From Gammaproteobacteria bacterium RIFCSPHIGHO2_12_FULL_35_23 (GTDB taxonomy: Bacteria > Pseudomonadota > Gammaproteobacteria > UBA12402), in the NCBI GenBank assembly GCA_001801465.1, contig MGXT01000014.1, positions 139,376 to 203,375 on the forward strand: DNA of 64,000 nucleotides. Direction: 5' to 3'. Each line of letters opens with the position of its first letter. The stretch's first letter is position 1. Below the pieces are notes generated by a model. That model searched no databases, was not told the DNA's origin, and saw nothing but the letters and a program-made list of their open reading frames with translations. Positions 20,372 through 30,815 of this stretch are shown here, in pieces. Made by a program: the position numbers and the translations under genes.

Positions 20372-22423
20372 ATGCTTACTGATTCAGTTTTTAATTTAAT
20401 AAAAGTACAAAAAGCGCTTAAAAAGCAAATTCATTTTATTGGTGAAACTGCTTTTATTCGCCGTGACGGCATGTTTTTTCTATTTTTAACTAATGAAGAT
20501 TTGCACTTTATCAATGAAGCAGAATTACGTGAAAACTTTTTAATTATCCCCATGCGAGCACTTTCGTCCTCGCACGCGCTTATTAAAAATTTTTTATCAG
20601 CCTCTTCCTGTGAACCGTTAGCAACAGCTATTATTGCTTTTCATCAACGTATTATGCAATTAATTAAAGACCCAAATTATTTGGAAAACCTTGTTGGCTT
20701 GAGAGAAATCGCATCAAAAAAAGTAGGGCAAATTTTATTTAAAACTTATTATCAGCAAGAAATCCAACAATTGCAAGAAATAGAAGCTAGCTTAACTGAG
20801 ACATCCTTAGCTGTAAGAAAATTAAAAAAATTCTTAGTAAGACGACAACAATATGTATTAACCAATTTAGTTTATGTCATTAAACGATTTAAAATATTAG
20901 CTGAAACGACTCGCCTTTCCCCTTCCACAGAAACTAAAAAAATAATTTTTTCCCATTTTGATAATTTGGCTAAGAGCTCAATAATACAGCCTAGCTTATT
21001 GCTAGCACTTCAACATGAAGTACCAATCATTATTTACCCAAGTCACTCTAGTATTCCAAGATTACTGGTACTGCCTAATACTAAAGCTACTAATGTTATT
21101 AAAGGTCTAGCCAACCCTAGAATGATTCTTTTATCTGGTCAATATGCCAATCCTGAAAATCTGCCAACCTATATAGGTGATGGTGGAATGCAGTTATCAA
21201 TATCTCATTGTATTAAGAAAAAAACTTCGGTTTGTAAAGTTGATCCTAAGCCTATTCCAATAAAATTAAGAATAGGTTTAATGCCTGATTTAACTTCAAC
21301 TTTTCAAGAAATTGCTGCTCAAGAATTATTAGATTTCTCTACTAATGCATTACAAAAATCCTCTTTATTTTCACTCATAGAAATGGATAAATTTTTTGAA
21401 GATTTAAAAAAAATATTAATATATATGTATAAACTCTATAACACTGAAGGCTGCTTAACACGCTCTAGATTAATACCCGATGCTTGGTCAACGCTTATGA
21501 CAGCAATCGCCCGCCTTAAAAGACAAAGAGATTATACTTATTTACTTCAACTTCCTTCTCAAGAATCAGCAAGCTTTGCTTCTCATTATCCTGATACTAT
21601 TAGCTTTGAGAGCCAACAAATTACTGTTTCTAAAAAATTTAAAACTGATCAAGTTCTTTTACCAATTGACGAAGGTATTACAACTCTAATAACCTATTTA
21701 CAATTAGCAAATAACCCTTCTGGGGTTGTGGGTGATTGTAATACTGCTTATCACATTTTATACAAATATTTGTTAAACATCCCTGCTATGCATTCTTACA
21801 CAACAGAAAGACATTCAGAAGAATTTTTTGGTAGGGTTTTTGCTATACTTTATAGCTATCCAGAATCAGCATCTTTATTAATACCCTTACAACCTTATTT
21901 AGATAATTATCAATCAGCTATTAAACGACTCATGGCAGAAAAAGAAGCATTACAACAAAATATCTGTCCATATAATGACTCTTATTATTTTGCCACGGGT
22001 ATTGATTCTGAACAAGCTAGATTTCATTATGCCATGGATTTTTTGCAGTTTCCTACTAAACCTACCACTGCTAATCTATTAACAGACAAGCCGCTCCCTG
22101 TAATAAATAAGCCTTCTTTTAATGAAAATATGATGCACTACGGAGGTTTGCTGCTACTAATTAGTTTTACTACTGCTTTTTTAACCAAACAAAAAATATT
22201 ATCCAGATCAGCTACCAGGACAACGAATTGTTTTTTGCTCACTCTATTACTTTTATGGTTTTTAATAAATCAAATGGATACTAATCCTTCTACACTACCA
22301 GCCCCAGTTTGGATTAGCCCCACCCATCCATTACTAACAACAGGTTTTTTTAGTTGCTCAGCTATACAAAATAATAATGAATCTAGCTATCAACCAGCTG
22401 AATTATTTAGTTTAATCTCTTAG
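20372..22423 (+). CDS. hypothetical protein with two C-terminal TM segments (possible effector)
   Basis: 683-aa orphan ORF; hydrophobic segments YGGLLLLISFTTAFL and CFLLTLLLLWFLI. Confidence 0.65.
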   Translation: MLTDSVFNLIKVQKALKKQIHFIGETAFIRRDGMFFLFLTNEDLHFINEAELRENFLIIPMRALSSSHALIKNFLSASSCEPLATAIIAFHQRIMQLIKDPNYLENLVGLREIASKKVGQILFKTYYQQEIQQLQEIEASLTETSLAVRKLKKFLVRRQQYVLTNLVYVIKRFKILAETTRLSPSTETKKIIFSHFDNLAKSSIIQPSLLLALQHEVPIIIYPSHSSIPRLLVLPNTKATNVIKGLANPRMILLSGQYANPENLPTYIGDGGMQLSISHCIKKKTSVCKVDPKPIPIKLRIGLMPDLTSTFQEIAAQELLDFSTNALQKSSLFSLIEMDKFFEDLKKILIYMYKLYNTEGCLTRSRLIPDAWSTLMTAIARLKRQRDYTYLLQLPSQESASFASHYPDTISFESQQITVSKKFKTDQVLLPIDEGITTLITYLQLANNPSGVVGDCNTAYHILYKYLLNIPAMHSYTTERHSEEFFGRVFAILYSYPESASLLIPLQPYLDNYQSAIKRLMAEKEALQQNICPYNDSYYFATGIDSEQARFHYAMDFLQFPTKPTTANLLTDKPLPVINKPSFNENMMHYGGLLLLISFTTAFLTKQKILSRSATRTTNCFLLTLLLLWFLINQMDTNPSTLPAPVWISPTHPLLTTGFFSCSAIQNNNESSYQPAELFSLIS

Positions 22424-22551
22424 TGTTAGTAAATAGCTCTCTTAATTATTATTAATTTATTAAAAAATCACTTATCTCTTATAAGATTTAAATGTAATAT
22501 TCATTAATTATTTTTGTATTCAAATTGACCTATTACTTGGCGGGAAGATTG

Positions 22552-24111
22552 ATGAAATATGTTTATGTTTTAGAAGGTAAAATCGGCAGAATTGAAAAAG
22601 GTAGAACTCCTGAAGATATTACTGGGTTAGCTACCGATGAATTTACTTCATGTAATATCATTGCGTTAATTTCTAGAGACAAAAATCGTTATTCATTCAC
22701 TCATGCTGATCAAAGTTTATCTGAAGCAATTATTCTATCTGAAATAGCATGGGCTGGTGAAGATTGTCATAAATTTATTTGCCGTCGGGCTAGTTATACG
22801 GGACAGCCACCTGAAAAAGTAGGTTCAAAAATTATGCCCACTATTCAGGATAGATTTACCTTAATAATTGTACCTGAAGACAAAGAAGCAATAACAATTC
22901 AAATTGGCGCAGAGGCACCCATGTTTTCAGGATCTATTCCAACCTGTATTTTCCACCCCTATTCAGCAATACTTACCTTACAACATCGCTTAGAAACTTT
23001 TTTTCTTGTATCAAGCTTAGATCCTATCTTTGCTGCATTATTAGGTAGCAATAAAATTCAATCTCCTCTTTGCTATGATGGCTCCTCTATGACTGACTAT
23101 AGAGATTTTTCACCCTCAAGACCAGTCAATCAAGGTTTGAGTCAACATAGATTAACCGGATCAAGTACGCCACTTGATGTTTATATGGCTGTTAAAACCT
23201 CTCAGTGGCCTATGGCAACTGCAGCAAATCTTTACGGTTATTTATATTTATATTGTGGCAATCCGCTTGATTTACCGTCTTTTTTAAGAATTTCTTTTCA
23301 GAACTTTCTTCTTGAAATTTTAAATGATGAAAGCTTAACAAGAGAAACTAAAAACCTCTGCAAAGCATTTATTGAACTTTGCATGAATTTAACTGAAAAA
23401 GAAACATTCATTAGGCTTGCCGAACAATTTCGCTCTCGAACCGACATTGAAGCACCTATACAAAATAGTGTTTGGTTGCAATGTGCGGTTGTTATCAATG
23501 CTTGGAGAATTATTTTTATAAAGTTTGGTGCACCAGCTCTACCTGTTTGTACAACACCCAGTGTTGCGGTTACTGGAACTGGTGGTGGTGGTTCTGGAGA
23601 AGCTGGAGTAGACGAAGTTACCGCCACAACGGCGGGTGCTGGTGCTAGCAGCTTAGGAACTGTGGCAAGTGCTGTTTCTCTAGTTGTTAGTGCAGGCTCC
23701 GCTGGAGCAAGAGCAACAATAGCCCTGACCACAGGTGATAGTGGAGGAGGTGGAGGTGGTGGAAGTTCTGGTGGTACTGGAACAGAAAGAAAATCTTTAG
23801 CTACAGCTGGATTATTTCCTCCTGAAACCTTATATTTAGAGCGTATTTTAGCTTTATTAAATAACATTACGCCCAGTAAATATTGGAAAAAAGATCGTAA
23901 AACTTCTCAACTTTTTTTGAGATGCGATGAGGAAGCAACTGCTAATTTAATTTTGGCTCATTTCAAATCTCATGATTATCCAGATATTGAAAAGCACTAT
24001 AGCAGAGCCGCCAGAGTCTATGTGCTTCTAATAACAAGCATTGATGTTACAAAACTATCTGCTGTACCAGTCATTACAGTTACCCCAGTACCTGGCTTAT
24101 CACTAAAATAA
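22552..24111 (+). CDS. putative Cys-His deamidase (NTAN1/CheD/CNF1-like fold) effector with Gly/Ala/Thr-rich linker
   Basis: ATDEFTSC-x16-HAD motif; low-complexity linker about 23550-23790; ATG 22552 preferred to TTG 22525. Confidence 0.6.
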   Translation: MKYVYVLEGKIGRIEKGRTPEDITGLATDEFTSCNIIALISRDKNRYSFTHADQSLSEAIILSEIAWAGEDCHKFICRRASYTGQPPEKVGSKIMPTIQDRFTLIIVPEDKEAITIQIGAEAPMFSGSIPTCIFHPYSAILTLQHRLETFFLVSSLDPIFAALLGSNKIQSPLCYDGSSMTDYRDFSPSRPVNQGLSQHRLTGSSTPLDVYMAVKTSQWPMATAANLYGYLYLYCGNPLDLPSFLRISFQNFLLEILNDESLTRETKNLCKAFIELCMNLTEKETFIRLAEQFRSRTDIEAPIQNSVWLQCAVVINAWRIIFIKFGAPALPVCTTPSVAVTGTGGGGSGEAGVDEVTATTAGAGASSLGTVASAVSLVVSAGSAGARATIALTTGDSGGGGGGGSSGGTGTERKSLATAGLFPPETLYLERILALLNNITPSKYWKKDRKTSQLFLRCDEEATANLILAHFKSHDYPDIEKHYSRAARVYVLLITSIDVTKLSAVPVITVTPVPGLSLK

Positions 24112-24368
24112 CTGGCTACAACTATTAAATTAGTTGTGATAAGAAAGTTTTTGCTGGCACAATAACAGAATTAGTCTTTGAAAAACACGGGTTTTTAAAA
24201 TATCCTAATTCCTTTAAAACAGCCGTTTTAATAAAAACCAGATCTTCTAATTTTCAGTTAAGTACCTTGTTATTTATGAAAATATTTAATTTTCAGCGCT
24301 ACAAAATAAGTAATTAATAAAACCGAAGCTTTTGATAATTTTATAAAAATGGGTAAATTTTGGTCTAT

Positions 24369-24450
<82 letters not shown>

Positions 24451-24615
24451 TGCGTCAATATACCCAAATTAACCTTAGATAACAATAAAAAAAACAATAA
24501 ATTTAGTAACTTACCGTACTTAAAAGTAGGTATTTTTTACACTTAAAAGGGTTTACATTTGATTAAATTTTGGTAATAATATTACTATAAATGATAATAA
24601 ATAAAGAGTTAAATC

Positions 24616-24999
24616 ATGCCAGGAACCCCTAAAGACGATTCGCCAACCGATTTAACTGCGCTAGCAGTGAGTTTATTTAATCCTCATGCAAATAGAGCAG
24701 CCATCAAGGCGCTTAGACAATATTTTGCTTCTTTAGGCCCAGTAGATGCCAGCACACATCATACCCCTGAACAAGTGGCTCAAATTGCTGCTGAGGTAGC
24801 TGCAATATTAAAGTCCCATGGCGTCCTTGATGATGCTGTACAATTTAGCGGTGCGCCGGAAAGTGATACACCTCTACCAACAATGAGTGCTGAGGCTCAA
24901 GAAAAATTTGCAATACAATTGCGAAAACAGGCTGAATTACGACAACGCTTAGGCCTTGACTATAATCCAACAAACACCACTCGCTTTACCCCTTTTTAA
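24616..24999 (+). CDS. hypothetical protein
   Basis: 127-aa ORF with AAGAG upstream. Confidence 0.6.
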   Translation: MPGTPKDDSPTDLTALAVSLFNPHANRAAIKALRQYFASLGPVDASTHHTPEQVAQIAAEVAAILKSHGVLDDAVQFSGAPESDTPLPTMSAEAQEKFAIQLRKQAELRQRLGLDYNPTNTTRFTPF

Positions 25000-25058
25000 T
25001 ACCAAAGTAATATGTCTTTTTACTTTAATTAATGATTTAATATTAGCAAGGAGGCTAA

Positions 25059-26462
25059 GTGAAAACCCTTGCAGATGAAATAATTTACGGTACCAAAGCA
25101 AGTGTTCAAGCTTTCATTGAACAACACCATCCTGACGTCAATGAAACAGATGAATATGGCTTTAATCCTATTATAGAAGCCACCATTGTTAATAAAACAG
25201 ATATTGGCTTGTACCTCATTCAGCTTGGCGTGAATGTCAATTTAGCAGACACGACTGAACGGACTGCCTTACACTGGGCAGCTGAAAATAATAATATTGA
25301 ACTAGCAAGATTATTATTACAGCAAAATGCTGACCCTAACGCCTACACTGCCGGTAGCCAGCCTGTGTTAGTTGTTCCTTTACTCCGCAAACAAAAGAAA
25401 ATGATCAATCTACTCATTGAACATGGTGCTGATCTTAATTTTGCAAAAGATTATATCAACACCAAAATGCTGGGGCATATTTATAATCTACAAGGTGTGG
25501 TGGATATTGTTAACCATAAAAGAGCTTTTATTGAATTAAGCTACGAAGGTTATATTTTAGAATTTATGCTATACGCTATTTATGATGCTTTACATAGTTT
25601 TATTAATCATTACAGTGCAAAACCCTTTAGAAGTTATTTTGGTTATTTGCGACCTATTTTAAAAAGTCTAGGAGGAGCTGCTGAATTAATTCAATATCAA
25701 CAATATAATTTAGACCGTAAACATTATGTGCAAAGAATCCATGAAATTTTAAGTCGTGATCTATTATTAATTCCTCTTGCTTATATAGGTCATGCAATTA
25801 GCTTTATTAAATTTGGTAATATTTGGGTTCGTTGTGATCGCGGAGAATATGGACGAAAATACGGCTGTATCAATATTTATCAGCTACAAAACCCCCATAA
25901 TATTACACCTGAGTTTTTATCTAAATTAATTTATACTAAACAAACCAAAGAATTTATTACTGAAGGACTTGATGAGTTATTACAACTTACTCCGTTGACT
26001 CAAATTCCTATAGCTCCACAAATTACTGGCAATTGCTCTTGGGCAAATATAGAGGCCAGCATCCCGACTATACTTTTTTTATTACTCAAACACCATCATT
26101 CTCTACCTAATTTAAATGATGAGGAAATAAAAAAACAAGCACTCACAGTATATCAATTCTGGTTAGAGTGGTATCAAGATAAAACTTTAAATGAATGTAT
26201 TGATAGTTTTTATCAAGCAAGCCCTGCTCGTAAAGCCTCTAAAGCTGCTGTATTAGGTGCTGTACTCATTCAACAATGTCATTATGAAAATATTAGGAAC
26301 ATTGATCGAGTTAATAGAATTATTAAAATTCTGATGATCCAGGAATATCAACCTATTCTCATTAGCTATCTGCAAGCTTACTGTTATCCCATGACCCTTG
26401 GGGGTAAAAATCTTCGCAGCCTTTTAGAAAGCTGCGGGATTGATCCAGATTCTTTAGTTTAA
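25059..26462 (+). CDS. ankH: ankyrin-repeat Dot/Icm core effector AnkH/LegA3 homolog
   Basis: 467 aa; DEYGFNPIIEA ankyrin start, TALHWA, GHAISF, CDRG, QITGNCSWAN, RKASKAA; GGAGG RBS before GTG. Confidence 0.85.
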   Translation: MKTLADEIIYGTKASVQAFIEQHHPDVNETDEYGFNPIIEATIVNKTDIGLYLIQLGVNVNLADTTERTALHWAAENNNIELARLLLQQNADPNAYTAGSQPVLVVPLLRKQKKMINLLIEHGADLNFAKDYINTKMLGHIYNLQGVVDIVNHKRAFIELSYEGYILEFMLYAIYDALHSFINHYSAKPFRSYFGYLRPILKSLGGAAELIQYQQYNLDRKHYVQRIHEILSRDLLLIPLAYIGHAISFIKFGNIWVRCDRGEYGRKYGCINIYQLQNPHNITPEFLSKLIYTKQTKEFITEGLDELLQLTPLTQIPIAPQITGNCSWANIEASIPTILFLLLKHHHSLPNLNDEEIKKQALTVYQFWLEWYQDKTLNECIDSFYQASPARKASKAAVLGAVLIQQCHYENIRNIDRVNRIIKILMIQEYQPILISYLQAYCYPMTLGGKNLRSLLESCGIDPDSLV

Positions 26463-26486
26463 CCACTACTTTCTTTCGTCAAGTAG

Positions 26487-27584
26487 TTATATTAAGGCCT
26501 GTTTAGTTTCTCCCATTTGAGTTACATCAATCACTACACAATCTCCGCCGTCAACTTCAGAAGCTACTTCAGCTCTAGAAACTGTTGCTTTAGACCTTCC
26601 TCCAGTTGCTTGCCAATATGGAGAAATGGTAAGGACTTTTTCTCTTGACCCTCTTATGCTATGGCTAAATGATTTTCTTCCTGGAAAACGCTCTTTATAA
26701 ATAACTTCTACTTGTTCTAAAATTTTATTTCTAAAATCCTGCTTATGTGTCTCAGTTGGCAACTCTTCTTGCGTAGGAGTTTTGGCTGTACGAATTCGAC
26801 TACTCGCACACTCTCTTATAATGTCTTCATTATCATCTACTAAAAGTGTATGACATGGCTGTAATCGATGGGAATGTGCAAAATTAAGAATAACTGGTGT
26901 TTTCTCTTCTCCATTAGTAAAAATAACTGGTAATCGAAGATGCTGCCACAGATCTCTTAAAACAAACTCTGTAGAGTCTCTTAAACGCTGAAATATTTTT
27001 TGTATTGCCTTTGGGGTTAGTTGGTATCTCTCTCTATAAAGCTCGGCACCTAAATTAACTGTTCCAGTCTCATAAGGATAAAATCGTGACGTAATAATAC
27101 CAATAATAAAGCCTCTACGTTCAATTTCAGTAAATAAAGTTTTAATTTCCTCTAAAGTACCTAGTTTATAGATAATAGTATCCTCATCTCTACCAATATT
27201 ATCTAGCAATAAGGTCTCATCTAAATCAAACCAAACATGGCCTGCAATAACAGTTGGCAAATTTCTAGGTGGAGAAATAGAAAGCCATTTCCAATTAAGT
27301 TCACTATAAGCAAGTGAAACGCTATGACTACCCTTTTCTTCTATAAAAATTGGGATACATGATCCCTTAGGACCCAAAGGGATTTTTTTAGGTTTGAAGC
27401 AAAAATAGCTGATGAGTAATCCTAAAATGAACCCTCCTCCTGTACAACCTACCCGCTCATAAATCTCTCCCTCTTTATGAGCAAATAAATCAGCAAAAAG
27501 GCCTGCCAAAGTAAAAATAATTATGACAATAGCTTGATAAGATAGTTTTTCACAGTTGTCTTTTTTGCAAAAAAATTTAGGCAT
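26487..27584 (-). CDS. membrane-anchored HAD-superfamily phosphatase-like protein
   Basis: Two N-terminal TM segments; HAD motifs DLDET, IITSR, K, VDDN. Confidence 0.65.
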   Translation of the reverse strand: MPKFFCKKDNCEKLSYQAIVIIIFTLAGLFADLFAHKEGEIYERVGCTGGGFILGLLISYFCFKPKKIPLGPKGSCIPIFIEEKGSHSVSLAYSELNWKWLSISPPRNLPTVIAGHVWFDLDETLLLDNIGRDEDTIIYKLGTLEEIKTLFTEIERRGFIIGIITSRFYPYETGTVNLGAELYRERYQLTPKAIQKIFQRLRDSTEFVLRDLWQHLRLPVIFTNGEEKTPVILNFAHSHRLQPCHTLLVDDNEDIIRECASSRIRTAKTPTQEELPTETHKQDFRNKILEQVEVIYKERFPGRKSFSHSIRGSREKVLTISPYWQATGGRSKATVSRAEVASEVDGGDCVVIDVTQMGETKQALI

Positions 27585-27612
27585 ATATATTTTTATAATT
27601 ATTAATTTAAAT

Positions 27613-28107
27613 TTATGCTTTCAATTCTGTTAACAGCGATTCTAAATCTTGCCGCATAACTGGAATTAATTGCTTTAAAAATTCTGGCACTGCAATCGAT
27701 AACGGTTTCTCTTCTTGTTGTTGCGCTAATATCTCGGGTTGTACTAATTCTACGGTTGATTGTTCAATTACTTGTGGCTGTTTAACATCAAAAGCTTCAG
27801 AAACTTCACTTTTGATAGTCAGTTCATCTTCAGAAAGAGTAACAAATTTAAGCTGCTGTCTTGCACCACTGATGGTAAACCCTTTGTCATAGAGTAACTC
27901 ACGAATTTTACGGATAATTAAAATATCTTTACGTTGATAATAACGACGGCTGCCCTTACGCTTACTAGGTCTTAAGGGAGAAAACTCTTGCTCCCAATAA
28001 CGCAGCACATGTGGCTTTACAGCACATAGTTCACTAACTTCACCAATTGTGAAATATCTTTTATCAGGAATAAGTGGTAATAGGTTAGCTGGCTTGCTGC
28101 TCTTCAT
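27613..28107 (-). CDS. MerR family transcriptional regulator (ihfA-associated)
   Basis: [29 protein letters not shown]; conserved position after ihfA. Confidence 0.93.
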   Translation of the reverse strand: MKSSKPANLLPLIPDKRYFTIGEVSELCAVKPHVLRYWEQEFSPLRPSKRKGSRRYYQRKDILIIRKIRELLYDKGFTISGARQQLKFVTLSEDELTIKSEVSEAFDVKQPQVIEQSTVELVQPEILAQQQEEKPLSIAVPEFLKQLIPVMRQDLESLLTELKA

Positions 28108-28414
28108 TTACATTTGCCTTGGGACCAAAATAACTTTCTACTTTTGCTTTTAATTTTTGACTTGGTTTAAAAGTCACTACCCGGCGCGCAGAAACTGGGA
28201 CTTCTTCACCTGTTTTAGGATTGCGGCCTGGGCGTTCTCTTTTATCTCTTAGTTCGAAATTTCCAAATCCTGAAATCTTCACATGTTTACCTGTTTTTAG
28301 TGCAATGGCTACTTGCTCAAAAAAGATTTCAATCAAATCTTTGGCCTCACGTTTATTAAGTCCCATTATTTGATGAAGATGTTCGACTAAATCCGCCTTG
28401 GTCAATGCACTCAT
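28085..28414 (-). CDS. ihfA: integration host factor alpha
   Basis: [24 protein letters not shown]. Confidence 0.97.
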   Translation of the reverse strand: MSALTKADLVEHLHQIMGLNKREAKDLIEIFFEQVAIALKTGKHVKISGFGNFELRDKRERPGRNPKTGEEVPVSARRVVTFKPSQKLKAKVESYFGPKANVNEEQQAS

Positions 28415-28417
28415 ACA

Positions 28418-30802
28418 TTACTCCCTCAACTCTGCGCCATATTGTGATCGAAGAGCCATAACGATTTGTTCACTTAGTTTAACAACTTCTTCATCCTTAA
28501 GGGTGCGAATAGGATGTTGTAATGTCAAACCAACCGCAACACTGCGCTTGCCTTCTTCAACCTCTTTCCCAGTAAACACGTCAAATAAGACTATGTCAAC
28601 TAATAATTTATCAGCAACTTTCTTAATTGTCTCTAGTAAACATTGGGTTGTTACTGATTTATTAACTAGTATAGCAAAGTCTCGTCTAACTGCTGGAAAT
28701 TTAGAGACTTCATTAAAAATAGTCGGCTTAATTGCCAAAATTTTGTTCAAGTTTAGTTCAAATAAATAGATGCTATTTTTAAGATTTAGCGCTTGCACGA
28801 TACGAGGATGTAAAGCACCCAAATATCCGATCTCTTCCTTATTTTGATAAAGTATTTTAGCCGATTGGCCTGGGTGTAAAGCTAAGTGCTCTGCCATTGC
28901 AAAAGTATAATTACCCCCATCCTTAGTTTTGAATAACAACTGCTCTAGATCACCTTTTAGATCAAAGAAATCAACTTTTTCTTTATTGATACCCCATTGC
29001 TCAGGAAAACGCGTACCTGTAATTAAACCACTTACTACAGATTCCTGATTTAATTCATTGTTCCTTATTATAAAACGCTTACCAATTTCAAAAATTCTTA
29101 CTCTGGGCTGCTGTCTAGCTATATTGTATTTTAATATCTTTAATAAGCCTGGCCATAAGCTAGTTCTCATCACTGCCATTTCATTAGAAATTGGATTGGC
29201 CAAAACAAGTGGCTTAACACCTGGTTCCAATAACTGCTGCTCTTCGGAAGAAATAAAACTATAAGTAATAACCTCATGATAACCTAAATCTTGAAATAAT
29301 CCCTTAATCTTTGATTCTATTAAAAAATGATCAGTGGGCAAGGTAAAATAAGTAGTACTTTTAAGTGATGCAACGGGTATTTTGTCATAACCATAAATTC
29401 TAGCGACTTCTTCAATTAAGTCTTGGGGAATAGTTATATCAAATCTATAACTTGGCACAAAAACTTTAAGTGTATCATTAGAAATTTCTGTTGCTGACAT
29501 CCCTAAATTAACAAATATTTGTTTAATGGTAATTAAATCAAGTTCTAGACTTAATAATTCATTAACTTGATTTAAAGACAAAGGAATAGTTTGACGTCTA
29601 GGTAACTTATCCTCATGACTAGCAGCTATGACAGGCCCTGCTTTACCGCCTGCTAACTCTATAATTAATTGTGTAGCTCTTTCAATAGCCTGCCTTTGCA
29701 AATTAAAGTCAACTCCGCGCTCAAATCGATAAGCTGAATCAGTAGTAAGTCCATATTGCTTAGCACAACCAGCTATAAAACTTGGGTTAAAGTAAGCGCT
29801 CTCTAGAAATATATCCACAGTATGATCTGTCACACTACTAGATAATCCCCCTATCACGCCAGCGATAGCTTTAGCCTCATACTGATCAGCAATTACTAGT
29901 GTATTTTCTTGCAACTCAACTTGATTACCATTTAGTAAAGTAAGCGACTCTTTAGGTTTTGCTATTCTTACTACTATACCCCCTTGTAATTGCTTTAAAT
30001 CAAAGGCATGCATGGGCTGGCCTAGTTCTAGCATTACATAATTAAGAATATCCACTACAATTGAAACAGAGTGAATACCCGCTCTTCTTAACCTTTCCTG
30101 CATTAATAAAGGTAACTGCGCTTGACAGTTAACGCCCATAATAATTCTACCTAAATAAACTGGACAGCCTAGAGGCGCTTTTAATTCAACTGAGAGTGTT
30201 TTTTGATGCTCAGGCTTAACTTCATCATATACTTTAAAATTAATTTTTAAGTTATTGATTGCAAATATATCTCTTGCTATACCTCTAATACTAAGGCAGT
30301 CTCCTCGATTAGGCGTCAAACTTAATTCAATGATCTTATCTTCTAGCTGCAAATAATTGCGTACTAGCTCTCCAACTGGAGCATCACTTGGTAAAATTAA
30401 CAACCCTGATGGCAAATCTGCTAACCCCAATTCAACACCCGAACAAAGCATTCCAAAAGATTTAACACCTCGTAATTCCGCTTCTTTTATTTCCAAATTT
30501 CCTGGTAATACTGCACCTATTAAAGCCACAGGAACTTTGATCCCCTGTTTAACATTTTCAGCCCCACAAACAATTGTTAGAAATTTATCGGTAGCTATTT
30601 TAACTTGGCAAATCGTTAATTTCTGCGTTTCAGGATGTGGCTTGACCACCAACACCTCCCCTACTACAACCTTTTGAAAACCAGGTGCAACAGGCATACA
30701 ACTTTCTACCTCTAATCCCGCAAAGGTGAGCTGATTTAATAAGGCTGTGGTTGAGATTTTTATATCAACCCATTCTCTTAGCCAAGATTCACTGAATTTC
30801 AT
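28418..30802 (-). CDS. pheT: phenylalanine--tRNA ligase beta
   Basis: MKFSESWLREW, TPNRGDCLS, RFERGVD, SKFPAVRRD. Confidence 0.98.
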   Translation of the reverse strand: MKFSESWLREWVDIKISTTALLNQLTFAGLEVESCMPVAPGFQKVVVGEVLVVKPHPETQKLTICQVKIATDKFLTIVCGAENVKQGIKVPVALIGAVLPGNLEIKEAELRGVKSFGMLCSGVELGLADLPSGLLILPSDAPVGELVRNYLQLEDKIIELSLTPNRGDCLSIRGIARDIFAINNLKINFKVYDEVKPEHQKTLSVELKAPLGCPVYLGRIIMGVNCQAQLPLLMQERLRRAGIHSVSIVVDILNYVMLELGQPMHAFDLKQLQGGIVVRIAKPKESLTLLNGNQVELQENTLVIADQYEAKAIAGVIGGLSSSVTDHTVDIFLESAYFNPSFIAGCAKQYGLTTDSAYRFERGVDFNLQRQAIERATQLIIELAGGKAGPVIAASHEDKLPRRQTIPLSLNQVNELLSLELDLITIKQIFVNLGMSATEISNDTLKVFVPSYRFDITIPQDLIEEVARIYGYDKIPVASLKSTTYFTLPTDHFLIESKIKGLFQDLGYHEVITYSFISSEEQQLLEPGVKPLVLANPISNEMAVMRTSLWPGLLKILKYNIARQQPRVRIFEIGKRFIIRNNELNQESVVSGLITGTRFPEQWGINKEKVDFFDLKGDLEQLLFKTKDGGNYTFAMAEHLALHPGQSAKILYQNKEEIGYLGALHPRIVQALNLKNSIYLFELNLNKILAIKPTIFNEVSKFPAVRRDFAILVNKSVTTQCLLETIKKVADKLLVDIVLFDVFTGKEVEEGKRSVAVGLTLQHPIRTLKDEEVVKLSEQIVMALRSQYGAELRE

Positions 30803-30815
30803 TCTTATTAATTCC

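Noticed and set aside
23298..23867. 189-aa Pro-rich minus-strand ORF
   Set aside because: Antisense shadow of the Gly-rich linker in 22552-24111
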